From: Catajapyx aquilonaris
Taxonomy: Eukaryota
DNA: 64,000 nucleotides
Direction: 5' to 3'
NCBI GenBank assembly: GCA_000934665.2
Contig: KZ538133.1
Span: 62,001 to 126,000 of the forward strand
The notes beneath the pieces were generated by a model. The model worked only from the letters and a program-made list of their open reading frames with translations. It did not search any database and was not told where the DNA came from. Each line of letters opens with the position of its first letter. Positions within the stretch are counted from its first letter, which is position 1. Below, piece after piece: positions 49,169 to 60,700 of this stretch. A program made the translations under genes and the position numbers.

Positions 49169-52100
49169 TTAATTTTAATTAGATTGTGTACCTCCAAACT
49201 GTAAATCTCCGGCTCTCGAGAAGCGGAATAAAAACAGTTGTGCTAAAAGTTCGCAGGTTGATTAATTATGAAAATCTGCTTTTCCCTAGATTTTCGCGTT
49301 TCGACACAAAGGAAAAGTTGTTACTTTGCATGGCCATCCTGAGTGCGTGCCAATGACTGTATTATTTTGCCTTTTCCACCCTCCTCCCCCCCCCCGCCCC
49401 CCCAAACCCCACAGCCTGAAGGCAGGTGTGTCGGGCGCCATGTGCAGGCCTTCGTTCCTTGGTCGGTTGGGCTCGTTTGTTGCGCTTGTTGCGTGCGGCT
49501 TGCTTTTGTCCCGTGCTGCCTTTTGTGTGCGCGCCAATTGACAAAACCAACACCGATAAGCGTCGGCCAAACAAGCCCACCTTTCCGAATCTCGCCTACC
49601 TGCGACGCCCCAAAATTCACATTCCGTTGGCAGGTCGGTCGCTGCTATACAAATGTCGGCAAGTACAAAGTGACCAGGCAAATCACCACAGAAATCGGTA
49701 TATTAATGCCCCACCCTTTCAATTTGTATAAAAATTTAAAAAATATATAAATTTGTCAACTCACTAGTTTCATCCACCAGAGGCGCTGTCTCCACCCATT
49801 GCACAGGCGCAGACCAATAGGAACCATCAGTCATACAAATGTGTCATATATTCCACACATGACAGCCAAAAAATGGCACCTAACAGTTAAGTCTAACTTT
49901 AAAAACCTGGCGTATGCTATACATATTCATAGCCCTTGTTTTGCATACGAGGATTTGCGCAAAAAAAATGCCCATTTGTGCGATAACACCAGCAATACCG
50001 TCCGGGGGTATATTCAATTTCCCTCAGCGAAAGTGTCGAATTAACATTTGAATCTGTCCATTCAGTCCACTTGCGTCCCTTTTTTATCTTTTTGCGCATT
50101 CCACCCCACAAAAAAAAACTCGGAGTTGATCCTGCAGTTTGGATTCTCCAAATGTTTGCGAATCAGAAGCAAAATCCCAGCTCCTATAGGGTTATACACA
50201 TTACAATATAGATCCACCACCCTGCTCCTTTCCCCCCAATTTACCACAACCTTCGTAGAGACATTAATTTCATTCCCTTTTCCTCCCCCGTTTTTGTAGC
50301 GTCGCCACAAAAGCTTTCCCTCCGCCATTTCTTCCCCTCAGACACCTGCAAATTAAATGCTTGATTTATGTCTTTTTTCCCCTCACCTAAAGCTCACCGA
50401 ATCATTCTTCCCCCCTAGTTCTCCCCTAAGGTCGTCATAACTAATTGCCTTCAGGATACCTTATTTTCGTCATATTACTTCTAAGCAAGAAAATGTCCAA
50501 CAAAGTCAGCTTATCCGAAAGGAAAATATTCTCAAACACTATATCATTGCGCAAGAAAAAAAAATCTGGCATAACACATTAAAGTATATTTCCTCTCAAA
50601 AAAAGTGCATGCAGAGTGACAAAACACTCTCAAAATATTCCAAGATGGCAGTTTACATAAAACTTGGAAAAGTCATTTGCAGACACATTGGCGTGAAAAA
50701 TGCACAATTTCAGACCCTTTTGTGCGGTTCCTCCGTGGAGACACATTTCATCTGGCATGAAGGTGAGTCAATATGGCCGAGTTATGCCTCCTTTAGAAGA
50801 CATGGAGGAAGGAGAGGGGGGCTAATCTGCATTAAGCAAGGATCTGGATGAGATGGAGGGGAAAACAGGGGGGGAAGGTTTGCGAAAATCGGTCCCTTTG
50901 GTCCAATGTCTCTGCGACGGATACGATCCATCCGAAAAACCGTCTCTGCATTTTACACTCGGAAAATTAGTTAGGGGTGTGGGTGAAATGGGGGTGGAGA
51001 AAAGTGGGAGGAATCCCTCCCAATCAATACCACCTTCAGGAACAGAATCACCTCTTTTCCTTCTCCTCAATATAAAAAAAAGAGCAGTGTAAAGAATTTT
51101 AACTAAAGGCCAAAATTAGAAAGCGAATACCGTCATTTTCAGGAATCTTCGCAACAAACTTGCCACTTTGTTGAAATGGTTAATAACTTTTTTCGCAATT
51201 ATGAAAATGGCATTCTGTGGTATGAGGAGGCTACACCACACGACCTATAATTGCATTTCAGGTGAAACACAATGCATGTAAGTTATTTATTATACGAAAG
51301 TTCGTTGGACTTGGAATTTCATTCACTTTCATGAATTCAGATTGATCGATCTTCTTATCACAGCAATAACACGGGAGAGAGGCAAATTTATTGATGCTGA
51401 GAATTCCAAGATCTCGAGATTTGGAACAATAGTGGTTGTTTTCTCATGCCATGCCCCAATACTTGTCTTAGGAAATTGATGATGTTAGCCTACTTGCTGT
51501 GCATTTGTCGTGTCGAGGCCTACTTACACGTCGGCAGAAAAGAGAGAAGGAAACGACCGATTTGAGCGTGTCAACTAAATTGAGTCAGCATCTTTTCATC
51601 ATGTGGACATTTATGACCCTGTGCTGACATGCATGTTTTTGCCATGTACACATTTTAAACTTCCTGCACGCCTTTGTTTCCGTTGGTAAATTACCTGTAC
51701 CTACAGTCAGCTCCGTATCGGTGGAAATCCATCAGACTATGTTGCCACATCCTCCAGCGTTAAAACACGATCAAACGAACCTCTTCTTTCACATCACTGG
51801 TGGACTACTAGTTATTCGAAACCTACGAAGCAAATTGACCTGGAAATTAGGGACTGCCGGCTCCACATACAAAGCAGATATGGGCGCATTTGAATCAGCG
51901 AAATTGGTCAGTCAGTTTTGGAGCAGTTTCTTGCCTGTGGACATTTTCTATCGGTACATCCCCGTGCCCTGTGCAAGTGTGTGATGAGCATACAGTAGAG
52001 AGGGTCCGCGCTTAACCAAACTTCGCTCGGCCGAGCACAAATGACTTGAAGCCCCAAATGGGGTCCACTTGACCCGCCCTCCATTTTTCTCCAAAGTGGG

Positions 52101-55100
52101 GGTCCAGCTGGCAGTTGGTGGGCAGTCACGCGTGAAATTCAAGTTCCAACAGTTACCCCCTCCTCTTTTCACCAACACTCTGCCTGTTAACCTCACTAGG
52201 GTCCATCTGCACATTTTTACCCCAAAATGTGGCCATATTTTGTGAGAAAGTGGGTCTACTTATAACAAGGTATAACTCGAGGTTGGTGGTCCAAAAGCTT
52301 CAAAAGTCGCGGATCTAGTCAAGTATATAGTGAAACAATAACTTGCGAACTTGCCTGCAGTGCAACTACAGTACACTGTACAGTATGAAACATAGTGCTT
52401 TGGATAATCAGCCTACTATAGTGCTATAGTCATCAGCTCAATATTTAAAATCCGTCTGAAGTGGTATCGCTAAGCTTGAATGAGTAGGGGTGAAGCTTTT
52501 CCAACCATCCGATATATACCCAAATCGTCTGCTCAGAATTGCCTTGATGGTAGTAATTAGGACGCTGAAAAACGTCTGCATAATTTGGGGCATCAATTAC
52601 TGCCGAGTCCCGCCTTTAAAGGATATTGTTGCGTGAAAGGGCCAGAAGGAAATTGATATCACATCGCAGCAGGAAGGAATCAGCGTACCAGTTAATAACT
52701 TAATATATGATTCAAATGAATGTTCTAAAATTAATATTTCGTACCAAAGTACTACATCACATAAAAATAGCCTAACCTACTATAATACTCCTTGAAGCTA
52801 TTTTAAAATTAGCTCAAAGTTCGTGCCCTTCACCTGCACGCCTCTCCAAATGTAACGATCTGAAAGTGCTCTTTTACATAGCATTTTATATCCTTCATTA
52901 GTAATTACAAACAAGGCCAATGCTCTATAAAAGTGCAATAGTATTTCCGATCCCCACTTAAATTGAAAACGACCCCTTAAGCGTCCTTTGATGGATGATT
53001 ACTGACTATTAAGGACATAACAGACTGACAAAGCTGTCTCACTCGACTCCAACACTGAGACAATGCAGAAGCAGCTTTGTCCAAATAAGCATGATTCAAA
53101 TCTTAAGCCATTTGCAGCGTAAGTCTGGCATGAAAGTCAAGGCTTACTGTACGTGACGCCTGGAAAAACATATATTCCAGACTCCCCCCAAAAAATCGAA
53201 CACTTCTCAAGTGATCGTCCTGTCCTGTTATGGCGCCAAGGCACTCGAATTCTTTTCATACTTTGAGAAGATCCTATTTGGTGGCAAGAATTCCAGCAAA
53301 AAGTCCCCCTTCTCCCAACCACCTTCATCATCCATCAGTGCACCAATATTGCTTCTTAGGTGTCTTGGAATGAAATTGAGTTAGCTTCCTATTTATAACT
53401 ATACGTGTCAATATGCACATGTTGGAATAAACGGTGTGATTAATAACAGCATAATTCTGCTATTTTACAAGACTATAATAGAGCTATAAATAGGCAATGT
53501 CTCCAAGAGGAGAAAAGCGCATTTGGCAAGACATGCTGGGTGGGAAAGTAATTAGTGGAGTCCGCAATTAGGATCCCTGCTCGACTTGTAATTACTTGAC
53601 TTGCTGTAATTGGGTTTGGACTCTGCGCACCTTTAGCCAATCCTATTTAATTGTGCTCAACCAATTGGAAGAAAGCCTATATGCTTGATTCTTTTTTAGC
53701 CAGGATTGTGGGGCAATTTTGTGTTTTTTTTTCCTCTGTTGGTCGAATGGAATTGTGGGAAGCGGATAAAACGCAGTGCTGTCCAATTACAGCTCAAGCC
53801 TTCAGCGCCTCGGACCTAGGCCTATGTGTTGTTTTTTTCTAGAACCAAGAGTCCGTGCGGGGGTGGCAGGAGGAATGGAGAGGGTAGTGGGGAGGAAGGG
53901 GAGGGAGAAATATGAAGTAACCCCACAAAAGAAGCTTTTGGAAAAGACAAGGGCAGGGGTTGGCGAAAATGAGTGCTATTCGCTTATTGGCCTGGAGGAG
54001 AAATTCATTCGAGCGATTTCATTTCGAAGAGAGGAGAAAAAGAAAAGAAAGTGGTGGAGACGCCGAGGATGAAACGAAGGGGAAAAGGCTCGCAATAATC
54101 CTGCAAGAAGAAGAAAAAAAAAAGTTTTTCAACTCCAGTCTTCTGGATCTGGCAGTGCTGCTGACCGACTAGTTAAAAACTTGGGGAGGTAGTGAAAAGA
54201 TCACAACTTTTGCTTCGAGGAAATGCACTTCATTTGCTCGCTCCTTGTAAGCTGATTTATTTTTTGGGGAGACGATTCGCACTTTTCATAAGACCCTGTT
54301 CACACTATTACGCACCTAAGTATTACAGCTTAATTGTGGATAAGTATTATTAGAAATGAATCGCCACAAAGTTCTTTCTCAATAATTTACTTTGAACAGT
54401 ACATGCCATGGTTGAAATGAAACTGCAGTAGCATGCCGTACAGCTTTTATATTTGATCCAACTGTAATGACAGCCTCTGTGGTAATGAAGTCACTAGCAC
54501 AGTGGAAAAATGCAGGCGACACCTCTCGTCCGTTTAAGTGCAGCCGCAACTGCAAGACTAATGCTATTACCCCACATTTTGCATGTGTGAATTTTTTTAG
54601 CAACACACTGGCCATAAACAGAAGGGTTAAATTACCAACATGGTGTAACTAGATAGGTGAAACCACCAAAATTTAATTTTTGTAATAAAAAAAGGCCTAC
54701 AGTTCCACATGTAAGTTACTTTCCAATTTCCAGTGGCAATGGCAGGAATTTCCAAAACCATCCTGATTATAAAATATAGGTCATTTTCTGGCCCATGTTT
54801 TGACCACACACATGCACACGAATGCATTCCAGCATGCAAATATTTGCGTCAACAGAATGTTTTCCTTTTTCCACCACCAGCCAACCGGTTTTCAATTTGT
54901 GAGAGATTGAATCGCATCATAGCGGAAGCTCTCTGGAGATACACTCTCTCTATGCCAGAAGCACGTATGTCAATAAGAAGCTGGCTCTTTCTCAAGGGTT
55001 TCTTGTGGAAATCCATTCCTCTCCCCTCCCTCCCCCTATCCTCCCCACCATGTCCAATTGAGTTTGCATCGATAGGAAAAGTCGGCCATTTTGTTTGCAT

Positions 55101-57622
55101 CGCAACATCAGTGTGGCCAGATGCTTCTCCCCCCCCCTCCCCCCCTGGAGGGTTGCGACAAATCCAATCGACAATCTCGTGGCTACCAAACGGATTTGCC
55201 GCGTCAGGAAATAAGGAAAGAGACGAAAAAGCTATCCCTATGTCACTGAGAAGAAAATTTTACTAACTTTCTTCTTTTCATCTCTCGCCCTAGCTGTCCG
55301 CCAAACTTCATTTTGCAAGACCAGGCGGAACAAAATACGCAGAATTGTGACCTCAGGCGAGAAGGAACGACAAGGATCGCTTTTGATGCAATATTGTAAC
55401 GATGCCAATATAACAACTTCCACCATTTTTGAAAGTTTCGCCAATAATACTGCAGACTTTTCAGCTATTATGTTAGTTCTTCATTTGTCCATTAAAAAAA
55501 AAATTTGTACAGCAGATACTGGTACGTTTCCGAATTTAATAAAGGGAGCCAGAAAAAAAAGCTCTCTGGGTAGTGCTGAGTAATGGGGAAAAAAACATGG
55601 CGGTATGTGCTAAAAAAGTTGTGTCGAAAACTCTCCCATCCAATAGTCATCTTTTTGTCGGTGCACCTCATTTAGGGGAATTTCCTCTTTGCGAAAAAGG
55701 GGCCCGAGGGGTAGGGAATAGAAACAAAAGTGTAGTTTGGGAGCTGAGGAGCTGTTTGGGAAACCAAAGTTGCGTCTCCGCAGTTTCAACTTGGGCGCCA
55801 CCTCTCCCAATTAACCCCAATTAGGCAACTTCCCAGCCCACTGGATAAACAACCCACTTGTTTCGCCCGCGAAACTTCGCCACCTATCGATTCCATTGCC
55901 GAAACACGCCTCATGCCATACACCTCATGCCATTCATGCATCTGCTCAAAAGGACTACAATATGTCACAGCAGGATTATCATCATCATCATCAAACATTT
56001 TGGATAATGTAACATTGGGTGATTAACGTTATTTAATATATTTGGCTACTTAAAGCACTTCATTACTGCATAGTATGCAAATTTGCATCAATAAGCCATT
56101 ATATTATTCAGCCTTGTTTGTATGCATATATTAAAATGTACTTTCTCTTACAGTTTGCACATTTTCTCGAGGCACGTAAGAAGTAGGGCTAAATCAATTT
56201 ATAGTGTAAACTTATTATGGAGAAAGTAATTGGAACATTTTTTCCCCCTTCCCAGTGAAAGACATTTAAAGGTCTATAAAGAGAAGGGTTTCCAGCAAAA
56301 AAAATCTTGAAGTTAATATCCGTAAGGGAATGACGCCAATCAGATTCTTAATTAGCTCCAATGGGGCCAATTGATCGTTAAAAGGCGAGCACCCACCCCT
56401 CCAAAGAAATAAAGAGTCGGGGAGCCAGGAAATGGAAGGGTAGAAAAGGAAAAGATAAGGGTCTGCTTGCACAATTCATCGTCTGGAGAGTAAAAGATAA
56501 TACAGTGGGTATAGCGAAGGGGGAAAATTACTGCAGAAAAATCTTCAGCCTTGTGTTATTGAATTGTGCGTAACAATCCTAATAATATGTGATCATACCA
56601 AATATTGAAAAAAAATCAGGCACGATTCCATAATGTGTCAATAACTGACATCACGGACGTCTCGCTGAAAGTCCATTTTCATGACATATGCAGGATTCTC
56701 AAAACAAAATCTGTCATCTTGCCCTTTCCACAGAAGCCAAAGAAATTGCAACGTTATATTGCAGTGGCAGATGTCGCCTTTCAAGAACTGAGTCTGACGC
56801 TATTTTCATATGCCAGCATGCTACTGACATATCAAATTTGGATTTTTGTGACATCTGCCCTTCATGCGGGATGTGACATTTTTTGTAAGCAGAGGTACAC
56901 TGAATAAATGGCGATAATAATTCCCCTTTAAACCCTAAAATGTGTATGCGATATTTAAAATAAGTTGCTCATTCAATTGTGGTAAATATACACTGTATGC
57001 TGACAGCATCAGGGACAAAATATCACCCTTCTTCCCGAAGGCGTCGCAGCTGCTAGTTTATGGAAGCTTTTCAACATGTTTCAAGTTCATGCGTAATTTG
57101 ATGTCTGTCGCTCGCTTTCACACATTTCATTCACACATTCACATTTATTATTGTTTTCCCTCTAATAATTCGGACTCTATATGAACAAGTGGTTACATAC
57201 TGTCACGCTGCGGTTCCTTTGTTGTTTGAGTGACACAAGCTTACTCAGTGACAGGAATTGTGCACAGCAACTTGTTTGCTACAACTGCTATGTAGGGCGT
57301 AAAGTATGGCCAAAACCATCACAGCTAGTGCGATTAAACTAATATGAAAAATACAAATGATAAATAACAACAGTGTCACTATATGGGAAGAAACGTTGGG
57401 CTGATTCAAATATGCGTCCTATGTCAAAAGGACATTTCAACTGGAACACCCTGTGTATGTACGTTTAATTTCCCTATGTAAACAACATTAAACTCTGGGA
57501 AATGCTTAAGAATTTTCTGCACACCACAAACTGCCTCAGCGTCACGTAACAAGTCGCTTTACGTGTGCGAAAGTGTTGTAACCATAATTCTATCTTTTAC
57601 ATGCGATAAAGATCCGCCATAA

Positions 57623-57730
57623 GAGGTCCTCCATAAAGTGCGTCAAGGAGATTCTTGCATATTTGACCCTCCCTATCGCCATGTCACGCATAGTCACGCA
57701 GAGCTAATACCTCTTTAGAATGGTATGTCT
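57623..57730 (+). mobile_element. Degenerate left half of a PIF/Harbinger-type MITE
   Basis: TAA-GAGGTCCTCCATAAAGTGCGTCA...TTTGACCCTCCC...ATGTCACGCATAGTCACGCA resembles the widespread TAA-GGGGxCxTCCATAAAxTACGTCAC MITE layout as I recall it. I found no partner end. Confidence 0.35.
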
Positions 57731-60700
57731 CGACTCTATACGAACAAAAGTAGGTCTATAATTCGCCCACCCTAAGAATTTTTCTAAGGTTCAACAGTAT
57801 GTGTAGAGTTTCATCTTTCTTATGTGATAGTTACAAAATAAGTTATTTGGCTATTGCTATAACCCTATAGTGGAAATCGAGACAAAATATTTAGCTGTTA
57901 CATACGTATGTTCTCTCATTATATCAAGACAAAAATGGACACTCCCAAAAGTTATATACAGTTGTACAGCGTGATTTTAACCGGAACTCTGATCAGTTTC
58001 AGCAGAACTACCTCCACAGCCGTCCAACCAGAAACAGTTACAAATTGGTTGAGTTTTATTTAATTTTTTTTCCCCTGCACATGCATTTGTTCAGCATTCC
58101 TCCGGAAGCCCAGGTCGATGACGTGTCCTATACCGAAGGGCCCGACGCTAAAATTTGTAAATTCCATTTCCTGATGCAGCACGTGTTCACCCCGATCTCA
58201 TTTAATTCGTATTCGTGGGCCATGTTTTGAAACAAGCTTCAATTGATTTTCGACCCACGTTCCCGAATTTGCACCAATTTTCTCACGCCTCTCAAACCGA
58301 ATCCTAGTTTCCAAGCAATCAACGCGAGCAGAATAGCAAACCCTACCTGGTAAAGAAAAAGTGCAGCTCAATATAAGCTACCAGGCTCTAGTCTCTACAA
58401 AGGGTGTATATATATAGAGTGACAGTTTATTGCACCCATAACAAAGCCTTTGATAAATCGGAATATGGTGCCTGTTATTCCCTGCCAATATGGAACTTCA
58501 CAAAAACACAAAAGAAATATGGAGGACGATTGCGGATGTAATAAGCAAGTAGGGTCTATTATATTCATATTTTCAATCGCCTTTATTTTGGTAGTTCATT
58601 GCCTCACGTCATCTTTGGTTTTATGGGTTTTGTCGCTTCTACATCACTATAGCTTCAAGTCCAAAAAAAACCTAGTTTCTGTTGAAAAACACCCCTACAG
58701 TGCTGCCTAATGTCTGACAAAAGCAATGGAGCAGGCCTGTCGAGGTGCTGCCCAATCCTATGGAGCAAATAAGTGGCGAGAAAAGACAGGATAAAAGTGC
58801 GTCGCTTTTTATCCGGAAGGTAGAAATGAATTAGACGGCAAAGCGAACGTGTCGATACGAGTTGGGAATGTGAGCCTTAAGGAAACAGCACCTCGCAAAT
58901 TGGCTTCCAAGTTGGAGGCCAATCGTATATAGTAGAAGAGAGATTCCCAACCAGGCATGTCCCCCTTTTCCTCCTCCTGTGAAACCCCCCTTTCCTACCA
59001 CCTAGGCCTCCATCCCCAGTGCACTTTGGCTGTGCCTCAAACGGATTATGGGATCCCCTAAGGATGCTGCCGAAATGGACCTCTCCGGATTTCCTCCGAT
59101 TCCTTTTATCCGGAGACCAAGCTTCCAGTGACGTCACATCTCAACGCCACTCCGCCTATATCGGACATGACACTTCTCCTGCACCCAACAATGCCGACTC
59201 AATTTCCAATCAGGCTCGGTCTTGTGACTCGGATATACCAGGTGAATGCATGTGATGGGAGAAAAATGTTGAAAGCGCACCCACGTTATTGAGTGTCAGT
59301 ATTAGGTGTCACATACACTAAGCCAAATGTTATGTCACAATAAGCATGATCATACTTAATGCTCTCTTTACAAGATGTGCTTATTTATGGTTATCTTTGC
59401 TCTATAGATATACAGTGCACCTCCCACGGGCTTACATTGTTTACATTATTCATGGGTAAACAAAAAACAAATGCGGTTATGTACTTTCGCTAGGTATCAT
59501 CAGAAACAAAAACATATTCTGCAAAAATTCATATATTCATCCCTAGATATTTGGTCTATACTGGAATAATGCGAATGTTCCAGATATTTTGTACGTATTG
59601 TGCGTGTGTTTCCACCTGTGGTATCCGGAAGCATCCCGACAGCGCCAATCCTACGTGGAAAACGTAAACTATACACCATCCCTGCGCAACAAAGTCACAT
59701 ATTTCCTCCACTATGACAGTTTACAACCTCTGATACCTGAATCTACAATACCCTTCGCGATTAATAAAGACCTACACATCACGTTTCCTCTCTGAAAAAT
59801 AGTCCCCACTCAGGGATCCTATATGGATCCTGATACATCTCTCTCTGCCGGTTCAGCCGATAGATAGCCCCAGAGTGCATGAAGGGTCGACTTTGAAAAA
59901 CACGGCTGTAAAGTGCAAGTGGTCGAGAAGGATTTGGGCTGAGAAAGCGGCAAAGACAAGGGTTGCTTCCCCAAGTGGGTGACTTGAATGCAGAGCACGT
60001 CTCTCAAAGTAGGAGAAGACCTCTTGGGACGCATTGGGGTGCCCGCAAGATGGCTCTGAGCTGCAGCACTGCGACGGAGCAAGACACAGCAAGCCAAGCC
60101 ATGCCCGGACACGTCCAGCACTAGGGCATCGCATCGCCACCCTCCGACTAAACTGAAGGCAGTTTGTATAAGTGCCAACAAATTGCACCCAATCGAGATG
60201 CTGATTGGATGGGGTGCAGTAGGAATAGTCGAATGCGGCAGTCGGCACGTGGAAATGGTGGCAAGTACGGCCTCGGCTAATAAACGACCCGCATGGGCAT
60301 TGATGCGCTACAGGTACCGGTACCGGTATTTAATTCGGCGTCGCAGGACAAACCGGCTCACAAAGGTCAACAACTGATATGAGCCAGTATTACACGCAGA
60401 AGTCATAACTTGAGTGGCTAAATTAATATGAAGCTCCATATAGCCCATTTGTTTATTTTGGCGCTCGTCAGTGTCAAGACTGCATAACATGCCACGTGCG
60501 GAATCAGTGGCATATGCGTGTGTTTCATAATTTAGCTCGCATCCGTATCGATAAAGTTTTCGAAAGCACTCGCCTTCAACTTTGGAGTGTAGTCATGTGT
60601 TCCATTGAAGTGCCCATTAAACTGGCTTTCCAGCGATATATGTCACTCACTTCTATACACTCGGCGACTGGAAATGAGCCTCCGCCAGATTTTCATGTCG

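Noticed and set aside
59820..60300. GC-richer block with 120-aa and 131-aa minus-strand ORFs
   Set aside because: I recognised no homology in any frame, and the splice signals are weak.
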